A stretch of DNA of 64,000 nucleotides from Octopus vulgaris (GCA_951406725.2 OX597827.1:39494001-39558000); one strand, 5' to 3'; positions 1-12,875 are shown, counted from the first letter of the stretch. Translations and numbers: made by a program. The notes: generated by a model not told the origin, from the letters alone.

Positions 1-426
1 GCTTTGAGCTCTCTCTCTCTCTCTCTTGTACGCTAATTATTAATGGTTTCAAATTTTGGCACAAGGCCAGCAATTTCGGGAAGCAGGGTAAGTCAATTAC
101 ATCAACCCCAGTGTTCAACTGGTACTTATTTTATCGACTCCAAAAGGATGAACAACAAAATTGACCTTGGTGGAATTTGAACACAGAATATAAAAAAAGA
201 TGAAATACCACTAAGCATTTTTCCCTAGAGTGATAACATTTCTGTCAGCTTTTGTTCATTAATTTTTAATGGATATGTAATTACATTTGTTGGCTAACCT
301 ACAGAAAATTGCAAGAAAAAATTCCCTCACACATGCATCAGATGCATCAACAAAATTATAGAAATGATACACACAGCATTTTAGATGAACCAAATGCTCT
401 TGGTCATAGAATGGATGAATATATCA

Positions 427-890
427 TTAACCTTCTTTCTACCATAATTCACTGCATCAGTTTCTTTTAATTTAAAACTAATAAAGAATTTAGTGAAATA
501 ACATTGTGGTTATCAATCTGGAGTTTGGAACATAAATTACTTTGAAATTCTGATGGAAGGATTTAATTTAGGCCATTTTAAATCAGTAGTTCTCAATAAT
601 TTTTTTCTACTTATGGAACACTTTTATTCCTATTTTACTCTGATGGACCCTCATAGCCATTTGATGTCTAAAAACTCCTGTTATATTTTTATGATTAAAT
701 ATTATTAAGAATTGTATTAAAAAAATGTTTGACTATTTTGTATATTGTAGAAATATAACCAGTTTATTGCACCTAAATTTTAACAACAGAATCTTATATG
801 GATCCCCACCCACAAGAACAATATCGAGAACCACTGTTTTAAATCATAGAACAAAGTGTGGTCTCAGGTTGATTGGTATTAATGGGTTAA
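427..890. mobile_element. TTAA-flanked piggyBac-type MITE hosting the hAT MITE
   Basis: ttaacc...ggttaa ends. Related TTAA-bounded elements lie at about 44252-44790 and 46356-46586. Confidence 0.55.
584..836. mobile_element. hAT-type MITE
   Basis: TIRs cagtagttctc and gagaaccactg, with a perfect 8 bp TSD ttttaaat (576-583 and 837-844). Confidence 0.85.
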
Positions 891-906
891 AGAAGTAGTA
901 AAATAA

Positions 907-1372
907 TCTATATCTATAAAACAGTCCTTGGATGAAAATTGTATGCACATTTTGCTTTGATGGTTAATGGCGGCCAAACTGAGGATAGAATCAAGCTGAA
1001 AATTGGCAGGGATACTAAATGCTTGGTGAGGATGAGACCCGTGATGGTTAAAATTTGCAAGCTATAAAGATGTGGTTGCTATGGCAAAAAGAGTAATTTT
1101 TTATCGATTCAAGGGGGCCCAGAACCCCTCTAGGTTTGTGCGATTGGATTTTAATGCCCAGTGGCATGCACTGCAGGCTGTTGTGCTTAATAAACATACA
1201 TTTAGTCATGAAATTCTGGCTACTAGGAAACGATTTTTCATTGTGAAAAAACGAGTGCTTTTTGCCCTCATTTTCTTTTTAATTTTTAATAAAATTTTCG
1301 TTTTTTTTTAAATTCCTCATCTTTAAAATGTTGCCTGAGTAGACCCAAATGAAATCAGGTTATAATGCTAGT
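907..1372 (+). mobile_element. Possible old non-autonomous Helitron
   Basis: Starts tctatatctataaa and ends ...gctagt. The hairpin is poorly preserved. Confidence 0.3.
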
Positions 1373-2315
1373 ATAAAATATATCTGACCTGAATCACAAA
1401 TGAACAGTTAGAATGAATTATAGAATCATCAGAATTAAAAACCTTTTCAGCACCTTATCACAAACTTACCAGCCACAGAGCAAACTCCAGAAAAACAATA
1501 TAATACACAAATGTCAAAGTAATCATGAGAGTTGTAAACATTATGACTCAAACTGTTACATTTTCTCGTTAGCTGACCCTGTACTTGGTTAGTTCACATT
1601 AATCCCACAAGGAATATCGGATTGGTTTCCTGGTTGCTCTGGTGTATATATTCCTCTCTGGGTGGGGCGCTGGTCTGTTGCAGGATTACTTATTTTTACC
1701 AGCTGAGAAGATTGGAGCAGTGTGAAATGAAGTGTTTTGCTTAAGAACACAATATATCACCTAGTTCAGGAGTCAAAACCACAATCTTACAATCTTACAC
1801 TCTAACCTCTAAGCCATGTGCCACCATTGTATTTGTAGCATTATTATTCAAAACACAAAACTAGTTTTAAAAAATATTAGCCAGATAACACTATCTCCTA
1901 AGATTTAAGGAAAAGAAAATGAACTAAGATAGCATTGTTAATAGAGAAATACAAACAAAAAATCAATACACAGATTCAAAACATAGGAAGTATAACAACA
2001 AACATAAAAGCAAACAAGCTGACCATTAAATAATTTTGAATCAGGCATTGATGATTTTATGTTCCCTGGCTGCTTACAAACAAAATGCTGCAACAATGTG
2101 CAACTGTCACCATTTCATTCAGAAGATGAAGACAAGGTCTTTAAACATCAATGGCTTAAGAAACATTATTGTTCCAAACTAAGTCTGAAGGATATATAAG
2201 AAAATATGAAGGATTTTTAATACAGAAGATTAAACTCAAAACACAGCTATGTCTTTATTATATCCTTTTTGAAAGGAAAGTTATTCTCTGTGAATACAAA
2301 TGCACACATCTATCT

Positions 2316-2397
<82 letters not shown>

Positions 2398-2471
2398 GCG
2401 TGTGTGTATTCATGGAGAATAACTTTTCTTTCAAACGTGATATGATAAAGACAAGGCTGTGTTTTGGGCTT

Positions 2472-3172
2472 GGGTGAGGTTGGGAAGTTGGAATGTGGGC
2501 AGTCTTTGTAGAAGGGGAACTGAGGTGTGTGAGGAATTGACGAAGTGGAGTGTGGATGTGTGCTGTGTGCAGGAGGTTAAGTGGAGGGGCCAGGGTGCAA
2601 AATTTGTGGGGGTCAAGGGAAGAAGGTACAAGTTGTGGTGGTCAGGAAATAGCAGGAGCATTGGGGGTGTGGGAGTTTTGGTGAAGGAAGAAATCTGTGA
2701 GAAGGTGGTGGAGGTCAGGAGAAAGAGTGACAGAGTGATGATAGTAGTGTTAGCATTTGAGGAAGAAGTGGTGAGGGTGATTTGCTGGTATGAGAGACCA
2801 ATGGTGAGAGAAATGTGTGGCATGAGGCTGTTTGATAAGAGGAGGACTGAGGACTTGATGGGGATGCTGGGGTTGGAGGAATCAGTGGAATGGTTGGCAA
2901 GGGCAAATGGAGTTTGGTGGTATGGACCTGTGTTGATGAGGGATGAGGAGCATGTTCTGAAGAGGGTGCTAGAGTTTGAGGTAAATGGACAGCGAAGGTA
3001 GACTGAAGAAAGTGTGGAGGGGACAGGTGGAGGAGGAGATTGACAAGGTTGGCATGAGAAGGGAGGACATCTAAAACCAGGCAAGATGGTGTGAGGGTGG
3101 TTGCTATGGCATTGAGGTAGATCCAGCCACCCCTGTTAATGGAGACAAAACCTAGATTCCAACTGATGGATG
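2472..3172 (+). mobile_element. RTE-clade LINE, internally deleted (APE N-terminus joined to the post-RT C-terminus)
   Basis: GSWNVGSL...VDVCCVQEVKWRG...GVGVLV...KSDRVM followed directly by ERPMVREMCG...GVWWYGPVLMRDEEHVL, with a short-repeat (gat) tail. Confidence 0.85.
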
Positions 3173-3212
3173 ATATATATATATATATATATACATACAT
3201 ACACACACACAT

Positions 3213-3254
<42 letters not shown>

Positions 3255-3293
3255 ACATACATATACATACTTATATATATATATATATATACA

Positions 3294-4265
3294 CTAGCAG
3301 AGATACCTGGTGTTGCTTGGGATTAAAATGGCATAGTTTGTATATAATATATTACAGTTATGTTGAAACAGGTGATATGGGAAAGTGCAGCATTGACGAC
3401 AAAACATTTGTGGAGTAAATTATGGGCTAATTCAACTAAACGACATGTCATGCCTCTCTTTGGAGTATTCCAGGCTCAAACCTGTCATGGAAATTGCAGG
3501 TGTGGCGTATGTGATTTTCGTTGTCAGTGGATAGACTTTCCTTTGCCGCTGTCTGTCTTGAGACTCCATTTGATGGGCTGCAGCATGCATTTGCTGATCT
3601 TGGGAAAGTCACATCTCCCTTTTCTCTTGAGACTCCATATAGATATATTACATTGTGTCTGGGGAGAGTCATTCTCTTTTAGTGCCTTATTAATTTAATG
3701 AATGCTGTAGCACATCAAATGGAGTCTCTGCTCCTCTCTCTCTTGAGACTCTTGCCTTCAGTTTTCTACAATCCTCCTTGCTTTATAGTGCTTTATAGTT
3801 GTTTCTGGAGAGATAACATCTTTTCTTTGGTGGCATCTTTCAATATTGTAAGCAAAAAATTATGAACATAGAAAAAAATTTTATATTAATCTCTATTTTT
3901 GTAAGCAGTTGTATGTATAAACAATATTAGGGTCTTATGAAAAGTGAAAGAATAAAAGTGAAACAATATTATACCACTGAAAAAAGATCAGAATGGTTGT
4001 ATAGGGAGGGCTACAGCCCCCTATATTGGCAAGGGCCAAAACTTGACTCCCCTAGAACCTTCTCCAAGTAATGTAAAACCTTCATGCCAAATTTGGTACA
4101 GATTGACCCAGCGGTTTTGCCATGCCCAGAGGAAAAACATACACACACAACACACAGTGGATTTCATAGATATATTATATTGTGTCTGGAGAGAGTCGTT
4201 CTCTTTTAGTGCCTTATTAATTTAACAACCTCACCGGTCCGATTTCCACTCATTTACTATAAAGC
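3294..4265 (-). mobile_element. Non-autonomous Helitron-like element with a ~60 bp internal direct repeat (3638-3697 and 4166-4224)
   Basis: ctagcagagatacctggtgttgcttggg resembles the reverse-complemented Helitron 3' hairpin and CTAG. The right boundary is uncertain. Confidence 0.55.
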
Positions 4266-4314
4266 AAACCATATACAAAAACGAAATAAAATTAGCTTTA
4301 CAGATATATCTATA

Positions 4315-4344
<30 letters not shown>

Positions 4345-4350
<6 letters not shown>

Positions 4351-4480
4351 ATTTAGGAACGGTCATTTTGCCAGTTTAGCCAATAAATTATTGGCTAAAC
4401 TGGCAAAATGACCATTCCTAAATACAACAACATCTGTTTCAACACATGATTTCACATCAAGAATCTTGCAAAACAAATAT
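4345..4480. repeat. Near-perfect 85 bp palindrome plus 50 bp tail in (TA)n
   Basis: 42 bp arms (4345-4386 and 4388-4429) with one mismatch, then a unique tail. (TA)n on both sides. Confidence 0.85.
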
Positions 4481-4504
4481 ATAAACATATATATATATAT
4501 ACAA

Positions 4505-4554
<50 letters not shown>

Positions 4555-4556
4555 GC

Positions 4557-4600
<44 letters not shown>

Positions 4601-4700
4601 GCATAAATTAGTACAGGATGTCACCAACAGTAAACAACATGAAATACGGAAACAAATGAGTTCAATACACAAACAATGAGAGAAACAAATGGAAAACAGG

Positions 4701-4731
<31 letters not shown>

Positions 4732-4751
4732 CACATATATACATAAATACG

Positions 4752-4794
<43 letters not shown>

Positions 4795-4829
4795 ACACAC
4801 ACACACACACACATAATTCATTATGTGTG

Positions 4830-5577
4830 TGTGTGTGTGCATGTGTTTCCTCTATGCACAGCCAAACTGCTGGATCAATCTGAATGTTTTTCATTACTCA
4901 TGGAAGGTTCTAGAGCAGGGTCACTAACTTTTTTACTTTTTTCAAAAACAGAAATATGTTTTACATACCTGTCATATACGTCGGTTTTGTTTTTTCGCTT
5001 TAAAGGTAAATGATTCTGATAGAAGTAAACACGCTATTGAATAATTCTCTGTCGTACGTCTACAACCCCACCTCTTTTTAAAACGCTTTTTAATTGTGAT
5101 AATGAAACAAGAGGTTTAGTCCTTACTGCCAAAATTCATTTCTCCTGGGAACTATAATGGCGATGATGTCTTCATTCCACGGATCCCATTAGTCGCATAT
5201 GACCTTCCCTATGAATTTAAATGGCTCTGAAACTAAGTTTTGCTATGTTCATAAACAAATCTCAAGCACAATCTCTCAACGTTGTTGGACTTAATCTTAC
5301 TTCTTTCATGGGCAGCTATATGTAGGGTGTTTGCGAATTGGAAGCCCCAAAACTCTTTTTCTTTGTACACCAATTAAAGGATACACTGAAAATATTGTAT
5401 ATTTAGAAGTTCTACAAAATTAAACTGTGACTGATTTCAGGATTTGTTTTAATAACGTTGGTTATACTCACATCATCTGATAGAATTTTTCTGAAGATAT
5501 CTTTTTTATCAGAATGAATATATTTATTTCCTTTAACATTCTTTAAACTTCCTAGCAACATTGGGTACTCAGGCTAG
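4830..5577 (+). mobile_element. Helitron remnant with a PIF1-like helicase C-terminus
   Basis: DDVFIPRIPL...LPYEFK, SFAMFINKSQAQSL..VGL, FHGQLYVGC.RIG. The 3' end is a decayed hairpin followed by CTAG (5574-5577). Confidence 0.85.
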
Positions 5578-5578
5578 C

Positions 5579-5615
<37 letters not shown>

Positions 5616-5649
5616 CATACATACATACATACATACATACATACATACA

Positions 5650-5681
<32 letters not shown>

Positions 5682-7094
5682 AAGCACATGCCTGGCAATT
5701 GGAACATACATATTAATTGATAGCAAGGTACAGTATTTCATTTTGCAACCATATTATGCTACCAAGTATATTAAAGATTTACAAGCCATGTAAATCATTA
5801 ACATCATCATCATCAGCATTATACTCATTTCATACTTGTCTTCCATGTTGTCATAGGTTGGATGGTTTGATAAAGAGTTGCATCTGGCCCCAACATCAGC
5901 TTTGGCATGGTTTCTACAGATGGATGCCCATCCTAATGCCAACAACTTTACAGTGCGTACTGGGTGGTTCTTCCATGACACTGGCACTAGTGAAGTTGCC
6001 AAGTCACTTACAAGACAAAAAAAAAAAGAAAGGAAAGGAAAGAAAGAAAAACCTATTTGACTGAGTGGTATTGTATTTGAGTGCGAGAAAGGTGGATTTA
6101 TGCCTGGTGTTGAAGGGTAAAGTATGATAGAGAGACAAGCACAGGTACTGTATCCCTGTTGACAAGCTCCTAATATTTAAAATAGCGTTAAGACTTATGG
6201 TCTGCAAATTAGTAGCTCTGGTTTTCTATAGCTACTGTAATTGCTGAGAATATAAATAAATTAGCTGATTATTTCTCTGGGGTTTGTCACATTGATGAAG
6301 ATGCCCCTGATGAGAATCCAATAAAAAGTTTTTCATCATTCCTTTCAATCTAGGGAGAAACAGCTAAATTAGCCTTGTTTATAAAAGTACTATATAGTTT
6401 ATTATAGAGAAGAGAAATGGCTACCCCAGTGTTACTAGAGGATGGGTGAGAATAGCTGGAAGGGAGATAAAGCTTGTGATGACAGGGTGCCAGAGCATAC
6501 TCATAAGGTACAAGATGGTGAATATAAAGGAGAATAAACAGAGTGGATCATTGGAGAAAGGAAGGGTGGGAAAGGAGAGTGGCAGATGGTTAGAGATGGG
6601 GCTAGAGGGAGATGTAGTGAGTGACAAACATGGGCAGAGCTGTGGTTGATGGTTAATATCAGTATGGAGGCAGATGAAAGAAAAATAAGTGGCTCAAGAA
6701 GGAGGAGGTAACAAGAAGCCTGAATAATATATCTTTGCTACTAGTTATATCCATGCCAAACTTTTAATAGGTATTTTTAACTGATATGCAGAGCTTTTGA
6801 GTTCAGACACTTACATCTCATGCTTTCCTGATAACAGATCTGTGGAATTGGCCTCTTGCCTCATTTATTTTGAGGCAAGGTTCCTATTTCACTTTTTCTA
6901 GAAACTTACATGAATAGTACTGGCATGGCTGTGTGGTTAGGAAGTTCATTTCTCAACATGTTTTTGAGATTCAGTCCCAGTGTGTGTGTCCTTGAACTTA
7001 TGCCTTGTAAGAGAATTTGGTAGATGGAAACTGTATGTAAGTTTGTCATAAATACACACATTCATGTATGTATGTATGTATAGATTGTTTGAAG

Positions 7095-7212
7095 TAATGT
7101 ACAAATTTTACATATTAAAATAAAGAGGTAATCAGAATTTTGGATAATTATTTTAGTGCTTCCCTCTCAATTTGGGGATTCATCAGAAATGATCACTTCT
7201 GAAGATTCTCCA
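7095..7212. mobile_element. Fold-back hammerhead-bearing element split by the Gypsy insertion (right arm resumes at 10845-10905)
   Basis: Palindrome centre TGATCA near 7190-7196 with CTGA(T/A)GA on both strands. Joining 7197-7212 to 10845-10900 rebuilds the reverse complement of 7120-7190. Confidence 0.65.
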
Positions 7213-7259
7213 TGTTGTAATATAATTTGTTATGTACAATAAATAAGATAGCCAGACAC

Positions 7260-7675
7260 TGAGCACAGGAGTGGCTGTGTGGTAAGTAGCTTGCTTATCA
7301 ACCACATGGTTCCAGGTTCAGTCCCACTGAGTGGCATCTTGGGTAAGTGTCTTCTACTATAGCCTCAGGCTGACCAATGCCTTGTGAGTGGATTTGGTAG
7401 ATGGAAACTGAAAGAAGCCCGTCGTGTATATGTATATGTATATATATATGTGTGTGTTTGTGTGTCTGTGTTTGTCCCCCCCCCCCCAACATCGCTTAAC
7501 AACCAATGCTGGTGTGTTTACGTCCCCTGTAACTTAGTGGTTCGGCAAAAGAGGCCGATAGAATAAGAAATAGGCTTACAAAGAATAAGTCCTGGGGCCG
7601 ATTTGCTCGACTAAAGGCGGTGTTCCAGCATGGCTGCAGTCAAATGACTGAAACAAGTAAAAGAGTAAAAGAGTA
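7260..7675 (+). mobile_element. tRNA-derived SINE family A, inserted in the Gypsy LTR
   Basis: Head ggagtggctgtgtggtaag...ggttcagtccc (A/B-box-like), internal (TA/TG)n and a (gagtaaaa)n tail. Confidence 0.85.
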
Positions 7676-8756
7676 ACGAGACAACAGTAACAACAATGTA
7701 ACGAACTAACAAATCTCTTTATGAACCAACAATCAAATATTCCTTGTGAACTAACCAACTGACACCTTCTGACTTCACTGCAAACTAACACGAACTTCAC
7801 TTGACTCCGAAATCTGAACCCTGATCTCACTCAGATTGTTACTATTTATAGTTTACTCAGATCAGTTTATCTCTTGCAAGAGGCATTGTAACTCTCATCA
7901 CAACATCTCCACTTTTGAGATTTCAACTATTGTAAGAAAGTGGAATTTCTTTTATTTTTTTCTTTCCAGCACCTCTCCCTCTTTTTCTTCTCTTTTTTTA
8001 GCTGTTGTATCTTAATTGTTGTCTGACTTTTAAGGTAGTATTTTTCATTGCACACAGCACTTTTTTCTTTTCATTGTACTCAGCACACTTTTTTTTTGTA
8101 AATTTAATATCTTTTTCGTTTAGATATTACTTCCAGATATTCAGTCTGCTTTTGTTTTCTGAAGCTAATTCTATGGGGTCCAATATCTCTTGGTACTGGC
8201 ACTTCAAACAAATCATAGAAGACTTCCATTGGTATTATCCTTCATTCTTCTGTATGTCTCATCTTTAACTGGTTAAGGTATCAAATGTTCCGAATGTTAT
8301 CCTTTAATTAAATACATCATGTTTCCTAATCTTTTGATTACATAGTCATCCTCCCAACCTTCTTTACCATTTTTGTAATTTTTAAAATGAATTTTATCTC
8401 CTATTTCGAAATATTTTGTAAGATTTCTTGTATTTCCTTCAAATGTATTTATTGTCTTTCCTTTATTTGTATTTTTCCTGGCAATAATTTATCAAAGATC
8501 GATTTTATTTTAGGTGTGAACATTAACTTTGCTGGTGACTTTCCTGAATTAGTATTTGGATTTGGCATTATTCTATATACTCTCAAAAATTTCGTTAGTG
8601 CCTCATAATAATCTAGCTCATTCCTAGCTTTTATTAGAGCTCTTTTGAACGTGTCAACAAATCTTTCTGCCTGTCCATTTGACCTCAGGTGGTAGGGTGG
8701 AGTAATGATGTGCTTTATAGCATGTATTTTGCGGAAATTTCTTAATTAATATCCCT

Positions 8757-8977
8757 TTACTCTTTTACTCTTTTAATTGTTTCAGTCATTTGACTGTGGC
8801 CATGCTGGAGCACCGCCTTTAGTTGAGCAAATTGACCCCGGGACTTATTCTTTGTAAGCCTAGTACTTATTCTATCAGTCTCTTTTGCCGAACTGCTAAG
8901 TTACGGGGACATAAACACACCAGCATCAGTTGTCAAGCGATGTTAGGGGTGACAAACACAGACACACAAACATACGT

Positions 8978-9032
<55 letters not shown>

Positions 9033-9167
9033 ACAGGCTTCCTTCAGTTTCCATCTACCAAATCCACTCACAAGGCTTTGGTCAGCCTGAGATTATAGTA
9101 GAAGACACTTGCCCAAGGTGACACACAGTGGGACTGAACCCGGAACCATGTGGTTCATAAGCAAGCT
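8757..9167 (-). mobile_element. SINE family A, inserted in the Gypsy integrase
   Basis: Reverse complement of 7280-7675. Confidence 0.85.
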
Positions 9168-10916
9168 GAATTTTGTTCCATTATCTGAAACACCATATTG
9201 AGCAAATAACTCAAGTAGGAACTTTATTGTTGTCTTTGCTGTGGGCTTATTACATCTGCATATCTATGGCCACTTTGTATAGCTATCCACAATGATTAGA
9301 TAGTATGCGCCATTCACTGGTCCAGTGTAGTTGATATGTATTCTGGGCCATGGGTTCTCAGTCTTTGTGCATAGACCTAGTTTGTCTGAGAGTACTTGTA
9401 GAAAAAATTTTTTTAATTTTCTCTTTAAATCTCCAGATGAATTATTTTTAGAGGAATGACCATTTATGTTTTTACAATAGATATTTATGGGGATGTCCCA
9501 CAAATCAAATAATTCTAACCAATTGGCATGACACAGATCAGTTGCATTTTTAATGATGAAAACTTTCGCTTTGCATGTTTTCTCTCGAAATGTGACATTA
9601 CGCCTATGAAATGTAATATGTCGCCCATCGTGCTACAGGCAGATTTCGCTGTTTTCTCAACATAGGTTTCCCTATTTTCTTCCATGTGTCCATATTTATT
9701 ATTGAAATATCACTTCCAGTGTCCAATATGCATTCCATTTATTTTTACGTGTACAAATTTTCTTATTTGGGAGTTGATTTTTGTTTCTGCTAAGAGCACT
9801 CTAGGATTTTTAAAGTTTGACCTTTGTAATTTTGTTCAGCAGTGTGAACTCTTGTGACCAATTCTTTTGCAACTGTAACATTTTTGATTTTTAAATTGAC
9901 AGTCTTTTCTGAAATGATTGTATGTTAGATCTTGGTTTGCTTGTTACAATTTGGAAAGAAGTCTTGCGTGAATTTCTGTATCTTCACTTGCTGTAATGCC
10001 TTGTATGAAAATAAGACACTTGAACATCTCAGGTGTAAGTCCTTTCAGTTTAAAACTTTCACACAACCTGTTGATTGTTCCTGCATCTGTGATAAAATCA
10101 TCATTCTCTTTTTCATTATATTCCATCACTCCATTCAAGTGTTAAATTGAGAAATTTTATCACCAGATATGTTAGACAGTAATTCTATTGTTTCTTTAAA
10201 ACAAATTTCATTGGGTTTTTTGGGGCAATATAAAATTACAGTACCGTTCGTGCTCTAACGGAACTAATTCTCATAATAGCAATCTCACTTTTTGTTCATC
10301 CAACCATGATTTGCAATCTTGCATAAAAAATCTCCTCACACCTGTAGTATGATGCAAAAGTTATACCTTCTGGGTCATCATTGAATTTCTAAATCGAGTT
10401 CAAAATGCAATCTGGCGAAAATGAACTTACCTCATTTTTGGACTTTTTTTAATATAGCTCCAATAATTGTTGTTGCTGTAGTCGTTGCTGTAATAGGATT
10501 CCATTATTTAACAAGGTGTATCTTGAACAATTGCTAAATAACCTACCTGAGCTTTGAAATCCTTGTTGCCAGATGTAATGTAGTTTGTTACATACAATAA
10601 ATAAGATAACCAGACAACAGTAACAACAATGCAACGAACTAACAAATCTCTTTATGAACCAACAATTAAATATTCCTTGTGAACTAACCAACTGACGCAT
10701 TGCAACTTCATTGCGAACCAACATGAACTTCACTTGACTCTGAACTCTGAACCCAGAGCACACTCTGATCATTACTATTTATATTTTACTCGGAGCAGTC
10801 TATCTCTTGCAAGGCAGTGTTGTAACTCTCATCACAACACTCTAAAATGAGATGAAAGGGCTAAACAAATATTTATCCAAAATTTTGACTGCTTCTTTTT
10901 TCCTTTATATATATAT

Positions 10917-11237
10917 CATCATCGTCACTATCATCATCATTGTCATCTGTTGTGTATGCTGGCATGGGTTGGACGGTTTGACCAGGGCTGGCAAGCCGAA
11001 AGGCTGCATCTGACTCCTAGTCTGATTTGGCATGGTTTCTATGGGCTGGTTGCCCTTCCTAACACCAACTACTCAAAGAGTGTTATGAGTACTTTTATGT
11101 GATACCAGTATCTGCCATGATTGTGATTATGCTCGGCATGACAGGTCTTCTTCTCAAGCGTGACATAATGCCAAAGGTCTCACTCATTGCCTCCGTGAAG
11201 CCCAACACTCAAAAAGAGCTCAGCCACTTTGCCTCCA

Positions 11238-11292
<55 letters not shown>

Positions 11293-11630
11293 CACATATA
11301 TATAGATAGGTGCCAGTGGCACGTAAAAAGCACCATCTGAACGTGGCCAATGTCAGTGCTGCCATTGACTGGCTTCCGTACCAGTGGCATGTAAAAAGCA
11401 CCAACCGATTGTGGCCGTTGCCAGCCTCCTCTGGCTCCTGTGCCAGTGGCACGTAACAAGCACCTACTACACTCACAGAGTGGTTGGCGTTAGGAATGGC
11501 ATCCAGCTGTAGAAACACTGTCAGATCAGACTGGAGCTTGGTGCAGCTTCCTGGCTTCCCAGATCCCGGTCGAACCGTCCAACCCATGCTAGCATGGAAA
11601 GCATACATTAAGCGATGATGATGATGATGA
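10917..11630. mobile_element. Two RTE-type 3' tail elements in opposite orientation (10917-11238 minus, 11308-11630 plus)
   Basis: Both share ggcatccagctgtagaaac...ccaacccatgc(c/t)agcatg and a (GAT)n tail. The same family occurs at 5800-6010, 28080-28255 and 46130-46355. Confidence 0.75.
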
Positions 11631-11649
11631 TATATACATATATACTTCT

Positions 11650-11890
11650 TTCTATTAAAGTTGCAAAAACATCACAAAATATTATGACTCAGAGGTTCAT
11701 GTTCCTGATCATCAGACAGTTGTGATCAAGAGCCTTAATCACAACTGTCTGATGAATGGGAATGTGAAACTCTAAGTCACAGTTTTTTGTGATGCTTTTG
11801 CAGCTTTAATAAAAGCTCATATTACTCTACATTCAGTATTTGAGTATATATTTTCCCACCTTGTTTTGCATTTATGTGCTTACTCATGTG
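11650..11890. mobile_element. Fold-back Penelope-like terminal element (two head-to-head hammerhead-bearing arms plus tail)
   Basis: Imperfect palindrome 11650-11815 centred near 11733, followed by an ~75 bp unpaired tail and (TA)n. Confidence 0.7.
11743..11784 (+). ncRNA. Minimal type I hammerhead ribozyme motif (weak stem II)
   Basis: AACUGU CUGAUGA augggaaugu GAAA CUCUAAG UC^ACAGUU, with a 6 bp stem I and a GUC site. A mirror copy on the minus strand at about 11684-11721 has GAAA changed to GAAC. Confidence 0.7.
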
Positions 11891-11914
11891 CATTTATATG
11901 TATATATATATATT

Positions 11915-11986
<72 letters not shown>

Positions 11987-11995
<9 letters not shown>

Positions 11996-12370
11996 ATAGA
12001 GAGATACAATTGACAATCCAATGATATATTTATATTATAATATAACATAATATACTATGAATATAGTATAACATAAGATGACATAAACAATTATTAAAAT
12101 AGCAAAAGGCCAACAATTTGTTTTGACTTATATACATTTTTTGATATATAAGCAGTTCCCTTATATATAACCTCATCAGAGCCAGAGTTTAAAGATAGAC
12201 GAAATTCTGTGTGAAAGGACGGCTGGATTGTAAAAAATTAATTCAAATGCCTATATATTATGAGCATGAGCATTAACTATTCAATTACATATGAATTATT
12301 ATTTTAAAAACGTCAAAAATTTTAATGGACAAAATAATTAAGTAAGTGTAATCTACAACTACTGAATTAT
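11987..12370 (-). mobile_element. Penelope-like terminal fragment with a decayed long-stem-II hammerhead (12108-12184)
   Basis: Minus strand ggcu CUGAUGA [48 nt incl. auauauaag-ggaacug-cuuauauau hairpin] AAAA(for GAAA) caaauug UU^ggcc. The element sits between (TA)n tracts. Confidence 0.5.
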
Positions 12371-12382
12371 ATTATATATATA

Positions 12383-12418
<36 letters not shown>

Positions 12419-12875
12419 ATTAGTGTACCTCTGTGTCTTTATGCTTGTCTCTCACCATTTAGTAACCAATGTTAGTTTCTTTAAATCTCTGTAACTTAGC
12501 AGTTCACTTCAGCAAAAGTGAGATTGATAGAATGAGTATCAGACTTTCAATCAAGAATTAAAAACAAAAAAGACAAGTAGTGGGGCAGATTTGGTCAACC
12601 AAACAATTCAAAGTGATGCCCCCAGCATGACAACAGTCCAATGAATGAAACAAATAAGAGTAAAAGAGAATGGTTTGCAAGTGTTCCATGAGTTTTCAAG
12701 GCACATTGGAAGTGCTAAAATATTTAGGAAACTTGAGAGTTTTCTATGTGACATGCAGATGCAAAGGCATAATTTTACAGCAAAAAGTGCAAAGCATGTA
12801 CTCATTTCTGTTTTAAAACAATTATATTTCTATATCCATCCATCCATCCATCCATACATACATACATAGACCATA

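Larger units (their letters stand above)
7213..10839 (-). mobile_element. Gypsy-type (Mag-like) LTR retrotransposon, internally deleted and decayed
   Basis: LTRs at 10574-10839 and 7213-7905 (the latter SINE-interrupted), TG...CA ends, 5 bp TSD ctcca/ctcta. PBS tggcaacaaggat at 10559-10571 and PPT aaaagtggaga at 7906-7916. Gag-like ORF 9944-10138, protease ILDTGSDISII near 9700-9730, integrase PWPRIHINYTGP...VDSYTKWP (9264-9355) and PPYH..SNGQAERFVDTFKRAL (8635-8715). No RT/RNase H seen. Confidence 0.9.

Noticed and set aside
2431-3212. Minus-strand ORFs of 217 and 165 aa
   Set aside because: They are antisense shadows of the purine-rich RTE fragment.
6290-6720. CTGATGA at about 6307 next to a purine-rich segment, possibly another PLE end
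   Set aside because: No matching GAAA/stem arrangement could be built.
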